Virus record (IMG/VR): IMGVR_UViG_3300032216_001965
Coordinates: 11,159-75,158 of that record
Strand: one strand, 5' to 3'
Origin: a virus
Taxonomy: Duplodnaviria > Caudoviricetes
DNA length: 64,000 nucleotides
The position numbers and the translations under genes are program-made. Below, piece by piece: positions 1-10,447 of the stretch. The notes below the pieces were generated by a model. The model made no database searches. It was not told where the DNA came from and saw nothing but the letters and a program-made list of their open reading frames with translations. How positions within the stretch are numbered: position 1 is the stretch's first letter; each line of letters begins with the position of its first letter.

Positions 1-2
1 AC

Positions 3-2582
3 TGGATTGGATTCTATGCCTATGAAGATGTATCTCCTATTGAAGTAGACTGTATTGCAATTTATCCTTATCAGGTTCCAGCAATTGTTGCAAAAAGAAG
101 ATTTGTTTATGGTCAGGGTGTTGAAGTTCCAGAAAATATTAATGCATCATATAGCGGAACATCTCTTTTTATTGATTACCCATTTTCAAATTATTCAAAT
201 AACTACTCTTATCCAGACATTGGTAGTTGGTCTCAAGCATCCATAGATAATCTAGTTGCATCAAACAATAAATTATCTTTACCAGAATATAAGTTACCAA
301 CAATATTTTTTAATAATAAAACAACTGAAGATTGGTATACAGCATGTAAAAATATACAAAATGAATCAAGTATGTTATTTAGATTAAGACCAAATTCTGA
401 TTGGAATTCTACAAGTGGATATATATTGTTTGATAGTTTAGATGTTACAAATACTCCAATTAGATCTTTTTATGGAGTATTTAAAGTTTTATCTACACCA
501 ACAACACCGCAAATATTATTTAAGGTTAATGATCAGATCACTGGAAATTCTTTTGTTATTGAACTTCAGGATACTTTAGAATTAGAATATAAGATTATAA
601 AAGCATCTGGAGAAAAATTTATATATGAAACAGTTGCAGTAAATATAGGCGAAGAATTTATTTCTGGTATGGATATTAATACATTTTGTTCACACTATGG
701 ACAAGATGTTGCTAGTTTTTTTGGAAATAGATCAGGTCTTAAATTGTACGTAGGTGGAGATATAACACTTTCTAAGATGTTTTTAGGAAACATATATAAG
801 ATTGGTTTTGCAACCGAAAGAAACTATTCTTTTATTTCGGAATGCTTTAATGATTTTGGAACACCAACTAATTTTGAAAATGTATTTAATACTTACAATC
901 AGTATATTGATTATGATGCTGGTCAGTATGCTGGTGCAAGTTCATATTTCTGGGACTATATTTTAGATGGTGGAAATATTAGTTCTTATTCAACACAAAA
1001 ACTAGTTGAGCATATAGCAAGTTACACACTAAGTCCAAAAAATTATTTTGATACATTTGCCTTAGACATAGATATAGACGGATATTGGGAAGATCATATT
1101 CCTTTATCGTATTTTGCAAAATATGTTAAAAATGCAAAAAATGAATCTTATTATGATTTAGATTTTATACAATTTAATATAAATTATCCAGCACCGTCAA
1201 AGTTTGTAGAGAAGTCTCAAATTGGTTCTTGGACATATGACGAACTTAATTCTGAATACCAAAACCCAATTCAGAGAACTTACGAATCCCTTGACAATCA
1301 TCTTTTTACTGGTTATATAGATTATTCAGATTTAAAAAATAGATCTTTAAAAACATATAAGTATGACACTTCAAATTCATTGGTTAAATCTTATGTAAGT
1401 TTTCAATATGTTTCAACTGGAGCAAATGCCAAAGACTCTTATTTTACAAATATAGAGTCACCATTGCAAAATGGAATCGTTGAGCCAGGAACATATCTTT
1501 TGGGATATGATGATAATAACAAACCAATATATGATAATTTTATAAATACTAAGTATGAAGTTGTTGATGGAATGTTGTTGTATCCACCAAGAGGAACTGA
1601 TTTTAGTCATCTTGCAGTAGTTGTTCACTTAAATTTTAAAGTTAGTGGAATTTTAAATAACCCTATTAAAATTAAAAGTTTGCAGTTAGCAGCACAGGCA
1701 TACAATGATGTTGCTCCAAATCCAATTGGAAGCAGATTTGGTGTTCAGGTTTACCCATATACAAAAACTGGTATTTACTATGATTACAAGAAACCAAACC
1801 CATATACAATTTATAAAGGCAGTTCTCCATATCTCTACCTTACTAAAAACTCTGGAATACAAGTAAAGGGTTCATATGATCCATTAGTAAATCGTGGACT
1901 TTCAATTCCAGTTAATCCAAATAAATCTTCTAACTATAAAGTTATGGCTATGCAAGCAGCAATTAGATATGATCAAGATTTTTTCCCATATGCTCCAACA
2001 CAAATTTTTGAGATTGAAAGTAAAAATGATCTCATAAAGTTTTACATGGTGGCAAATCATCCAGATGGTAAAAGAGCAAAAATTTATGCAATTAATGCAA
2101 GAACTGGTCAAGTTGAAAACGGTATTGGATTTTATTGGAATGGCAACCTTGTAAAAGAACCAAACATAACAATCAGAGAGTGGGGAATGCTTGGTGTATC
2201 ATTCTCAAGTATCATAAACTTTGATAACTATGTTGGATCAATTAAAATTAATGGTCCCTTACTTGTAAATCTTGTTTCTCATTATAAATCTACAAATTTA
2301 CAAGAAGTTCAAAATATTACAGAAAGGCCTTGGTTTAAGGTCAAATATTTAGGACCTTTAGATTTAGAGTGGAACTACTGGAACTCAGCATATGTTTGGA
2401 ATGGTGTATTGGTCTTATCTACTAAGTCTTACTATGGAGTAGATCCCTCTGATGTGTATAAAAGTTATGTTGGCACAAACAAAATAATCGTAGACGATAC
2501 AAGAAAATTTAGGTTAAATTCATATCAATATGAACTTTATACGGATATTGTTTGGCAGTCTCAAATATCAAATCCAGTATAA
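3..2582 (+). CDS. Large virion structural protein (tail/baseplate-like), 5'-truncated by window
   Basis: Frame 3 is open from position 3 (WIGFYAYEDVSPIEVDC...) into the ORF-track ATG at 372, so the gene starts left of the window. Tyr/Asn/Ser-rich composition typical of tail proteins. Confidence 0.55.
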   Translation, partial: WIGFYAYEDVSPIEVDCIAIYPYQVPAIVAKRRFVYGQGVEVPENINASYSGTSLFIDYPFSNYSNNYSYPDIGSWSQASIDNLVASNNKLSLPEYKLPTIFFNNKTTEDWYTACKNIQNESSMLFRLRPNSDWNSTSGYILFDSLDVTNTPIRSFYGVFKVLSTPTTPQILFKVNDQITGNSFVIELQDTLELEYKIIKASGEKFIYETVAVNIGEEFISGMDINTFCSHYGQDVASFFGNRSGLKLYVGGDITLSKMFLGNIYKIGFATERNYSFISECFNDFGTPTNFENVFNTYNQYIDYDAGQYAGASSYFWDYILDGGNISSYSTQKLVEHIASYTLSPKNYFDTFALDIDIDGYWEDHIPLSYFAKYVKNAKNESYYDLDFIQFNINYPAPSKFVEKSQIGSWTYDELNSEYQNPIQRTYESLDNHLFTGYIDYSDLKNRSLKTYKYDTSNSLVKSYVSFQYVSTGANAKDSYFTNIESPLQNGIVEPGTYLLGYDDNNKPIYDNFINTKYEVVDGMLLYPPRGTDFSHLAVVVHLNFKVSGILNNPIKIKSLQLAAQAYNDVAPNPIGSRFGVQVYPYTKTGIYYDYKKPNPYTIYKGSSPYLYLTKNSGIQVKGSYDPLVNRGLSIPVNPNKSSNYKVMAMQAAIRYDQDFFPYAPTQIFEIESKNDLIKFYMVANHPDGKRAKIYAINARTGQVENGIGFYWNGNLVKEPNITIREWGMLGVSFSSIINFDNYVGSIKINGPLLVNLVSHYKSTNLQEVQNITERPWFKVKYLGPLDLEWNYWNSAYVWNGVLVLSTKSYYGVDPSDVYKSYVGTNKIIVDDTRKFRLNSYQYELYTDIVWQSQISNPV

Positions 2583-2584
2583 TA

Positions 2585-2593
2585 TGGTATACT
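2585..2593 (+). promoter_or_regulatory. Extended -10 promoter (TGGTATACT), probable leaderless start at ATG 2601
   Basis: TGnTATACT 7 nt upstream of ATG 2601; no SD. Confidence 0.6.
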
Positions 2594-2600
2594 TGTGGTT

Positions 2601-3005
2601 ATGAATATTGAAAATCCAAATAAAAAACGTAAAACCTTGCCAAAAATGAAGGGCCAAGTGGGTGAGTCTCGTGCAAAAATTATTGAAAAACATTATGATT
2701 GGGGCCTATATGTTTATAAAAAGGCTAATGGCAAATGGTTTACAGATGGAACTGGATCTGTTTTAAACATTCCGTCAATGAAGGGCGATATAACAAAAAT
2801 CTCTGAATTAAAAAAAGCAGCAAAACATTATGGGGATGAGGGAGATGGAGAATGCATCTTCGTGCCAGGGTTAACTAGAATTTCAGAAGAAGAATATTCA
2901 GAACAAAAACAAAGAATGGCAGAAGGATTAATTCCTTCTATGAATGATCTTGGCGCAGTTCAAGCAGCAAAAGATACTATTGCAAAATACGGGAGTGATG
3001 ACTAA
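2601..3005 (+). CDS. Hypothetical protein preceding portal
   Basis: ORF; stop overlaps portal start (TAATG). Confidence 0.6.
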   Translation: MNIENPNKKRKTLPKMKGQVGESRAKIIEKHYDWGLYVYKKANGKWFTDGTGSVLNIPSMKGDITKISELKKAAKHYGDEGDGECIFVPGLTRISEEEYSEQKQRMAEGLIPSMNDLGAVQAAKDTIAKYGSDD

Positions 3006-4624
3006 TGTCAGAAGAAAATGAATATATTGTTCGTGCATCTATGGATAACTTTGCACAAGAGTTAGATGTTTTTAAAGAGCAAGATCCATTTAACAAAACC
3101 TGGGATGAATTAAAAACTTTATCTGGATTAGACAATAATTTTAAGCGTCGTGCTGCAAGACTATCTAAGGTAGATGCTTCACAGCAATACATTGATAGTT
3201 CTAGAGCAGAAAGTACAGGTCTGGATGGAGCAAGATCAAAAGAAATTAATCCAGGACTTGTTTATAGAAATGGCTATGGTTTGTTTGATGTAATTACACC
3301 ACCATGGAATCTTTACGAACTTGCAAGTTACTATGATACTTCATTTGCAAACCATGCTGCTATTGATGCAAAGGTAGAGAATATTGTTGGGCTTGGTTAT
3401 GACTTTGAGGTATCTTCAAGAACAATGCTTAAATTAGAATCTTCTTCAGATTCAGAAGCAGTTGGTCGTGCTAGAAAAAGAATTGAAAGAGCAAAAATAG
3501 AATTAACAGATTGGTTAGAAAGTTTAAATAGTGAAGATTCTTTTACCACTACAATGGAAAAAGTTTACACAGATGTTCAAGCAACTGGAAATGGTTATAT
3601 TGAGGTTGGACGTACAGTAAAAGGTGAAATTGGATACATTGGTCATATTCCATCAGTAACGATGAGAGCAAGAAGATTGCGTGATGGATTTGTACAAGTT
3701 ATTGCAAACAAAGTTGTTTATTTCCGTAATTTTGGAGCAACAAACCCAAATCCACTTGGAACAGATCCAAGACCAAATGAGATTATTCATTTTAAAGCAT
3801 ATTCTCCAATAAACACTTTCTACGGTGTTCCAGATATTATCTCTGCGGTTACATCTCTTCAAGGAGACATGCTTGCATCACAGTACAACATTGACTACTT
3901 TAGCAATAAAGCAGTTCCACGATATGTTGTAACACTTAAGGGTGCAAAACTTTCTGGAGAAGCAGAAGATAAGATGTTTAGATTCTTACAGACTGGAATG
4001 AAGGGGCAAAATCATAGAACTCTTTATATACCACTCCCAGGAGATTCAGATACAAACAAAGTTGAGTTTAAGATGGAGCCAATTGAAAATGGTGTTCAAG
4101 AAGGTTCATTTGAAAAATATCGTAAACAAAATCGTGATGATATTTTGGTTGCTCATCAAGTGCCACTTTCAAAACTTGGTGGATCGGATTCTTCTGCCAC
4201 AGCAGCAGCCCTTGCTCAAGATAGAACATTTAAGGAGCAGGTTGCAAGACCAGCACAAAGAGAACTTGAAAAACCAATCAATAAGATCATTCGTGAAAAA
4301 ACAGATATTCTTCAATTTAAGTTTAACGAATTAACTCTAACAGATGAGATTGCACAGTCACAAATTCTTGAAAGATATGTCAAGAATCAAATTATGCTTC
4401 CAAACGAAGCAAGAACTATTTTGCGTATGCCACAGCGTGATGGCGGAGATCAGCCATTAGACCTCACATCACAACAAGTAGCAGATGCAACTACAACAAG
4501 GTCAAGAGATAGTCAAAGAACTAATAACCAATCTGATGGATCAGCAACGATTGCTGGAAGAAATCCAAAGGGTGAGGGTAGAAAATTTGATGAAATTGAT
4601 AGCATTGCCGAAATGTCCGAATAG
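3005..4624 (+). CDS. Portal protein
   Basis: 539 aa; YTDVQATGNGYIEV, EIIHFKAYSP..FYGVPDI, DILVAHQVP, LPNEAR motifs typical of HK97/PBSX-type portals; upstream of protease and capsid. Confidence 0.9.
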   Translation: MSEENEYIVRASMDNFAQELDVFKEQDPFNKTWDELKTLSGLDNNFKRRAARLSKVDASQQYIDSSRAESTGLDGARSKEINPGLVYRNGYGLFDVITPPWNLYELASYYDTSFANHAAIDAKVENIVGLGYDFEVSSRTMLKLESSSDSEAVGRARKRIERAKIELTDWLESLNSEDSFTTTMEKVYTDVQATGNGYIEVGRTVKGEIGYIGHIPSVTMRARRLRDGFVQVIANKVVYFRNFGATNPNPLGTDPRPNEIIHFKAYSPINTFYGVPDIISAVTSLQGDMLASQYNIDYFSNKAVPRYVVTLKGAKLSGEAEDKMFRFLQTGMKGQNHRTLYIPLPGDSDTNKVEFKMEPIENGVQEGSFEKYRKQNRDDILVAHQVPLSKLGGSDSSATAAALAQDRTFKEQVARPAQRELEKPINKIIREKTDILQFKFNELTLTDEIAQSQILERYVKNQIMLPNEARTILRMPQRDGGDQPLDLTSQQVADATTTRSRDSQRTNNQSDGSATIAGRNPKGEGRKFDEIDSIAEMSE

Positions 4625-4656
4625 TGATACTTCTGTAAAAAGGGGTATATAATATA

Positions 4657-6066
4657 ATGACCATGACCATATCAAAAGCCCATTGGAATACTGAGGGTGA
4701 AAGTCTTCGCCTTTCTCTTCCATTTGCAAAAGTCGACAAAGAAAGACGTATAGTCTCAGGCTTTGCCTCACTTGATAATATTGACAAGCAAGATGATATT
4801 GTAACTGCAGAAGCATCAATGGATGCATTTGCAAAATTCCGTGGAAATATTCGTGAAATGCATCAACCATTAGCAGTCGGTAAAATGGTATCTTTTAAAG
4901 CAGATAAGTATTTTGATCCAGAATCAAAAAAGTTTTATAATGGTGTTTTTGTATCAGCATATGTTTCAAAAGGTGCACAAGATACTTGGGAAAAGGTTCT
5001 TGATGGAACTCTTCAAGGTTTTTCAATCGGCGGAAGAATGAATAAGTGGGATGACGGTTATGATGAAAAATCAGATAAGGCAATTAGAATTATTAAGCAA
5101 TATGATTTGGTTGAGTTGAGTCTTGTAGATTCCCCAGCAAATCAATTTGCAAATATTGTATCTGTTGAAAAAGTTGATGGAGTAAGCATTGTAAAAGTTG
5201 ATGAAACAGTTTTAGAAAATGTTTTCTACGATAAAGAGTCAGGCATTGTTATGGTTTCAGAAAATGAACAAGAGTTAAGTCCAACAACAGGTGAGCCAAT
5301 GGCTAATATAGGTTTCGTTGAAAAAGCGGATAATGAAAAAACAAACATGATAAAATTCTTAGTTGATAGTGCTAAAGGCATTAATACTTCTAAGATGAAC
5401 AAGGAGGAAAACCTTATGGCAAAAGTAACAAAACCAGTATCAGAAATTATTGAAAAGTCTGATGCAGAAATTGAAGCAGTTAAGGTCGCTCCAGTAGCAG
5501 AAGATGGGGCAGAAGAAGTTACAAAGGCTTCAACATGTCCAGACTGTGGAAAGGCTATGGATGCATGTAAGTGCAACATGAAGTCTGATGCAGAAACAGA
5601 TGATTCAACAGAAAAGGCTGCAAAGCCAACAGATACTGAAGAATCTGCTGCTCATGAAGGAACTGAATCAACAGATGTTGAAGCAGAAGAAGACAAGAAG
5701 AAGCCAATGGCTCCTAAGTCAGATGATGTAGTTGCAGAAGCAGTTACAGAAACAAATGACAGTCTTGAAAAAGCCTTTAGCGATCTATTAGATGTTGTCA
5801 AATCACTTCAATCAGAAGTAGAACTTTTAAAGTCTACCAAGGTTGATGTTGAAACAGCAAAGCAATCATTTGAAGCAGTTGCAAAAGATATTGCAGCAGT
5901 ATCAAATGGTTTTAATGAATTTGGTAAGCGAGTCGACGCTGTAGAAGCAGATACCGCTTTCCGAAAGTCTGGCGATCTCGGCGAGATAGTACAGAATCAG
6001 CCTGAAATGGTTGAAAAATCCCTATGGGGCGGTAGTTTCCTCAAAACAGCCGATCTATTAAATTAG
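4657..6066 (+). CDS. Prohead maturation protease fused to acidic scaffold-like C-terminus
   Basis: N-terminal IREMH, GFSIGG, LVELSLVDSPANQ (HK97-type Ser protease); Glu/Asp/Lys-rich coiled C-terminal half. Confidence 0.8.
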   Translation: MTMTISKAHWNTEGESLRLSLPFAKVDKERRIVSGFASLDNIDKQDDIVTAEASMDAFAKFRGNIREMHQPLAVGKMVSFKADKYFDPESKKFYNGVFVSAYVSKGAQDTWEKVLDGTLQGFSIGGRMNKWDDGYDEKSDKAIRIIKQYDLVELSLVDSPANQFANIVSVEKVDGVSIVKVDETVLENVFYDKESGIVMVSENEQELSPTTGEPMANIGFVEKADNEKTNMIKFLVDSAKGINTSKMNKEENLMAKVTKPVSEIIEKSDAEIEAVKVAPVAEDGAEEVTKASTCPDCGKAMDACKCNMKSDAETDDSTEKAAKPTDTEESAAHEGTESTDVEAEEDKKKPMAPKSDDVVAEAVTETNDSLEKAFSDLLDVVKSLQSEVELLKSTKVDVETAKQSFEAVAKDIAAVSNGFNEFGKRVDAVEADTAFRKSGDLGEIVQNQPEMVEKSLWGGSFLKTADLLN

Positions 6067-6089
6067 AAAAAATCACAGGAGGTGACAAT

Positions 6090-7247
6090 ATGTCGGAACA
6101 AAATATAGAAAAAAACCAGCCAGGTGCTGCAGGTGGAGAACACATCGGTGGAAATATTCCAGGACTTTATCAGGGTCAAGGAGCATTTGCATCAGGTAAT
6201 GAAACACATCCATACACACCAGGCAACTACGCAACAGGTGGAGTTCTAGGAAATATCCCAGAAGCAACACTTGGTTCAGTAAGTGGTCCAAACGCAGTAA
6301 ATCCTTCAGGTGAGGCTGGATCAGGTATCCTACGTCCAGAACAGGCACGTCGTTTTATTGACTACGTGTGGGATGCTACCATTCTCGCCCAAGATGGCCG
6401 TCGTGTTACTATGAGAGCCAACACAATGGAACTCGAAAAGGTAAACGTCGGAGAGCGTGTAATCCGTTCTGCTACACAAGCACTCGGAGAATACACAAAC
6501 GCAGGAGCAACTTTCTCAAAGGTTGAATTGACTACAAAGAAGATTCGTCTTGACTGGGAAGTAACTGCAGAAGCACTAGAAGATAACATCGAAGGTGCAG
6601 CACTTGAAGATCACATCGTTCGTCTTATGACAAACGCATTTGGTAATGACATCGAAGACCTTGCTATTAATGGTACAGGTTCAGGAGATGCATTTACATC
6701 TATCATGAACGGTTTCGTAAACCGTGTAAAGACAGACGGAAGCGCCCACGAGTCAGTTGTAACAGTTACAAATGGCGGATGGACTCCAGAAGTCATGCAG
6801 AACATCATCTTGGCAATGCCACGTAAGTACCGTGCACTTAAGAACAATCTTAAGTTCTACGCAGGTACAGATGTTTTCCAGGGTATCGTAAAGAATAACG
6901 GTACACTTGCTGATGCAATCGCAGAAGCATTTGGATCACATGCAGGTGGTGCTGGTACTGCACAAATGCGTCAAGCATATCTTGATGGAAACGCACAGAC
7001 ATTCGGACAGGCACGTACAACTCGTGTACTCGGAATCGATGTACAGGAAGTTCCTTACTACCCTGCAGGATTTGTCGACTTGACATTCCCACAGAACCGT
7101 GTATGGGGATTCCAGCGTGACATCACTGTTAACCGTGAATACAAGCCAAAGAAGGACACTGTAGAATACACAGTCTTCGTTCGCTTCGGAATTCAATGGG
7201 AAGAACAAGATGCAATCGCATGGGCTGACGCTGCAGCAGATGCATAA
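6090..7247 (+). CDS. Major capsid protein (HK97 fold)
   Basis: SD GGAGG; GILRPEQARRFID, ALEDNIEG, DIEDLAING motifs; position after protease; biased high-expression codon use; followed by terminator. Confidence 0.9.
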   Translation: MSEQNIEKNQPGAAGGEHIGGNIPGLYQGQGAFASGNETHPYTPGNYATGGVLGNIPEATLGSVSGPNAVNPSGEAGSGILRPEQARRFIDYVWDATILAQDGRRVTMRANTMELEKVNVGERVIRSATQALGEYTNAGATFSKVELTTKKIRLDWEVTAEALEDNIEGAALEDHIVRLMTNAFGNDIEDLAINGTGSGDAFTSIMNGFVNRVKTDGSAHESVVTVTNGGWTPEVMQNIILAMPRKYRALKNNLKFYAGTDVFQGIVKNNGTLADAIAEAFGSHAGGAGTAQMRQAYLDGNAQTFGQARTTRVLGIDVQEVPYYPAGFVDLTFPQNRVWGFQRDITVNREYKPKKDTVEYTVFVRFGIQWEEQDAIAWADAAADA

Positions 7248-7266
7248 TCTGTAAACAGTACAATTT

Positions 7267-7300
7267 AGGGGGAGTAGGAGTTAACGCTCCTGCTCCCCTT
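7267..7300 (+). terminator. Stem-loop terminator after capsid gene
   Basis: GGGGAGTAGGAG-ttaacg-CTCCTGCTCCCC; weak U tract. Confidence 0.75.
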
Positions 7301-7311
7301 ATCACTTATAA

Positions 7312-7320
7312 TGATATAAT
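7312..7320 (+). promoter_or_regulatory. Extended -10 promoter (TGATATAAT)
   Basis: Directly after terminator, upstream of SD AGGAGG of ORF 7339. Confidence 0.55.
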
Positions 7321-7338
7321 ACTATTTAGGAGGAAATA

Positions 7339-7791
7339 ATGGAAAATTTAGATAATAACCCTGTAGAAGATGTAGTTGTAGAGGCACCAGCAGTTGTAGA
7401 AACACCAGTTGTAGATACACCAGTTGTTGAAGAAGCACCTATTGCACCTGCTCAGGAAGAAGTAAAAGCAGAAGAACCAGTAGTAATCTCAAGACCATCA
7501 TATCCTGGATCAGATACAGTCCAGGCTGTTGGAAGCGTAGCAAATGGAGCAATCGGTGCAACAACTGCAAAGCGTGAACCACGCACAGAGCCAGCACCAA
7601 AGGCTGCAAAAGTTGCAAAAGATGATAAGACAATTGCTATTAGATCAACCAAAAATGTTTCTTGGGTTGGCGTTGGAAAGGTTTCAACAGGAATCAATAT
7701 TGTTTCTCAAAAAGAAGCAGACCAATGGCTTACTCGTGACCACATTACACTAGTTACACCAGAACAAGTTAAATCGGAATTTGGTGCATAA
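7339..7791 (+). CDS. Hypothetical head-associated protein, acidic Pro/Val-rich N-terminus
   Basis: Strong SD; between capsid and neck genes. Confidence 0.55.
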   Translation: MENLDNNPVEDVVVEAPAVVETPVVDTPVVEEAPIAPAQEEVKAEEPVVISRPSYPGSDTVQAVGSVANGAIGATTAKREPRTEPAPKAAKVAKDDKTIAIRSTKNVSWVGVGKVSTGINIVSQKEADQWLTRDHITLVTPEQVKSEFGA

Positions 7792-7794
7792 TTA

Positions 7795-8706
7795 ATGGAA
7801 GTTCTGAGAGTTCCGCCATATCCTTTATCAACAACATGGACATTACCCATACCTAACTATGAGTATATTGTTTATGTTGAGGATTTGGTGGATCACTCAG
7901 TAACTGAAACTAATCTTTTTTCAGATGCCAATGGAAAGTTAGTTTATGAAATACCTTTGGCTCAGGTCCAGTATGACCGCAAATTTTTAATTAAATTTTA
8001 TGATACAGAACACATTCAAACCCTTTACGAAGAAAATCTAGATATTGTCAGACCATATGTAGATCCAAATAAACTTGGAACTACTGCTTCAGAAATAGAA
8101 GAGTATAAAACTTTAGAGATGGTAGCAAGATCTTTAATCGATACAGTTGTTGTTAATGGTTTTTATAACTCAAAGCATATTGTCCAACGCAATGGTGATG
8201 GATCAGATTATTTTGCAATTTGGGAAGATATTAACAGAGTACTAAAAGTATATGAAAATAATGTTTTAATATATGACATAGATGCACCAGAAACAAATGT
8301 ATTTGAGTTCAAAACTACTTTTGATAGTTCTGCAGTAGAAAGAGTTATTGATGGACAATACAATAGATTAGAACAAGGTACACAGCAATATCCAAAAGAT
8401 TTTGGTGACCTAGCAAATATATTTGGAACATCAGCAGTTGGATTTCCAAAGGGATGGGATTATACTTTTGTATTAGATATTGGATATAGAGCATTACCGC
8501 CTGATGTTGAGTATGCCACTAAGTTGCTTATTGAAGATTTAAAATGTGGAAAATTAGACTATTACACAAGATATGTTACATCTTATAACTCAGATCAGTA
8601 TAGAATTCAATTTGATAAGTCAATATTTAGTGGAACTGGAAATATGATTGTTGATAAGATTCTTGATAAGTATGTTGTCACGATTGCTAAACCAGGGTTG
8701 ATCTAA
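7795..8706 (+). CDS. Head-tail connector/adaptor
   Basis: Synteny; C-terminal LDIGY..LPPDVEYATKLLI and IVDKILDKY resemble gp6/gp15-like adaptors. Confidence 0.55.
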   Translation: MEVLRVPPYPLSTTWTLPIPNYEYIVYVEDLVDHSVTETNLFSDANGKLVYEIPLAQVQYDRKFLIKFYDTEHIQTLYEENLDIVRPYVDPNKLGTTASEIEEYKTLEMVARSLIDTVVVNGFYNSKHIVQRNGDGSDYFAIWEDINRVLKVYENNVLIYDIDAPETNVFEFKTTFDSSAVERVIDGQYNRLEQGTQQYPKDFGDLANIFGTSAVGFPKGWDYTFVLDIGYRALPPDVEYATKLLIEDLKCGKLDYYTRYVTSYNSDQYRIQFDKSIFSGTGNMIVDKILDKYVVTIAKPGLI

Positions 8707-9152
8707 TGAAGTGCGAGGGAAAAGATTTTATGTTCCCTATGCAAGTGGATGTTTTTTATCCAATTGTAGATCAAGGTGCATATGGAAATATTAAAAAACA
8801 ATGGATTTTAAACAAAGTTATTGCTTGTCATTTTACAACTGCTGGATTAAAAGCAAAAGAAGAAATTGTTCCTAATGTAAATATTACACAGGATACATTG
8901 ATTAGAGGAAGGGTTAAAACTGATATAAGAATTTCAAATCTTGATAATCAAAACTCGCTAACAAATGTAATTTTAACAAACATACAAGATAAAAATTGCA
9001 ACAATATTTATATTGAAACATCTGGAATAAGAGCAGGGAAATCAACAATATTTGAAGTTGCATCTCAAGAACCTTTTGTTGGTCCATTTGGAAATATTGA
9101 ACACTATAAATTAATTCTGCGTAGATCTGAAAATCAGGGAGTAGACATATGA
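8706..9152 (+). CDS. Head closure/stopper-like protein
   Basis: Synteny and size (148 aa). Confidence 0.45.
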   Translation: MKCEGKDFMFPMQVDVFYPIVDQGAYGNIKKQWILNKVIACHFTTAGLKAKEEIVPNVNITQDTLIRGRVKTDIRISNLDNQNSLTNVILTNIQDKNCNNIYIETSGIRAGKSTIFEVASQEPFVGPFGNIEHYKLILRRSENQGVDI

Positions 9153-9823
9153 TACAACTTAAATTTAATGCTGTACAGTTTAATAAAGAAATGAATAATA
9201 TAGTTAACTACTCTTATGGTTTTGTTGATGGCGCAGTTGCTGCAAAAACAGAGTTTTTACAAAATCTTGGATCTGCAGTTTCAGAGCAAGCATCACTCTA
9301 TATTGATTCAAATGCAAGGGTAGATCAACAATCATTGCATCATGTATATGAATGGTATAACGCAGGAAACCCAACAGCAAGGCTATTTGATATTAAGTAC
9401 TCTATAAATAATCGTGGCATTTCATTTACTTCTGAATTTAAACAATCAACAAGCATACAACAAGGGTCAGCCTCCCCTTTTTATGATAAAGCAAGAATAA
9501 TGGAAAATGGAATAACAGTAAATATTGCACCAAGAAAATCAGATGTTCTTAGGTTTGAAGTTGGTGGAGAAGTAGTTTATACAAAAAAACCAGTAACTAT
9601 AGAAAATCCTGGAGGAAATGTACAAGGTCAATTTGAAAACACATTTGATACATTTTTTAAAGTATATTTTACTCAAGCATTTTTAAGATCAAGTGGTCTT
9701 TCAGAATATTTTAGTAACCCAATAGTATATAAAACAAACCTACGCAATGGAGCACAAAATGGAAAATCTGTTGGCGTAAATGTTGGATATCGCTGGGTAG
9801 CAAATGCTAAGGTGGTTGCATAA
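9149..9823 (+). CDS. Neck/tail completion protein (HK97 gp10-like position)
   Basis: Synteny only. Confidence 0.4.
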   Translation: MIQLKFNAVQFNKEMNNIVNYSYGFVDGAVAAKTEFLQNLGSAVSEQASLYIDSNARVDQQSLHHVYEWYNAGNPTARLFDIKYSINNRGISFTSEFKQSTSIQQGSASPFYDKARIMENGITVNIAPRKSDVLRFEVGGEVVYTKKPVTIENPGGNVQGQFENTFDTFFKVYFTQAFLRSSGLSEYFSNPIVYKTNLRNGAQNGKSVGVNVGYRWVANAKVVA

Positions 9824-10371
9824 TGGCTCTTTCAGAATCAGTATTAAATACACCAGGTTTGTGGATAAATAAATACTTGCAAGAAAAAATTTTTAACCAT
9901 ACAGATATAGCCATTCCATTTTTTCCAACTACACCAACTACAATAGATGATCTAACAGAGCAGTGGGTGGTTATTAATGATCAAAGGGCATCTTATCAAG
10001 GAATTCTTTCTGTTTACGACAGAATGATAAGAATGAGAAGGTCTGTTTTCCCTCATGTTAAATCTGAACAATTATTATATTATTTTTATGCAACACAAAA
10101 CGATGTAACAGAAAGCATGATTAAGGTCCTAGAGTCAGTCCTTAGATTGATGGATCGAGAAGACGAAACAGCAGAAGAAATTAATTTTTGGGTTAAAGAC
10201 AAAATTATAGATGGAATGACCTGTGAGTTTTATTTTCATAAATTTAAGGTTTATCAATTACAAGAAACTAGAGATATAGTTAATTTTGGCACAGCAAGGA
10301 CTTTTGGTGGTAATAAGATAATTATTGATTTTGAATACCACCAATCAGACCTAATTAAAGATCAGTTTTAA
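9823..10371 (+). CDS. Tail terminator-like protein
   Basis: Immediately upstream of major tail gene. Confidence 0.45.
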   Translation: MALSESVLNTPGLWINKYLQEKIFNHTDIAIPFFPTTPTTIDDLTEQWVVINDQRASYQGILSVYDRMIRMRRSVFPHVKSEQLLYYFYATQNDVTESMIKVLESVLRLMDREDETAEEINFWVKDKIIDGMTCEFYFHKFKVYQLQETRDIVNFGTARTFGGNKIIIDFEYHQSDLIKDQF

Positions 10372-10447
10372 AATAATTTAAAAAGGCTGTTATACTTGTC
10401 AATGAGGAAACAAGCCCTTTTTTAATAACATGAAAGAGGTGAAAACT

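Noticed and set aside
55-246. 63-aa ORF in the track
   Set aside because: Out-of-frame shadow within the frame-3 gene that is open from position 3 to 2582
10372-10447. Possible hairpin in the major tail gene leader
   Set aside because: Only short, interrupted complementarity, and it overlaps a -10 element
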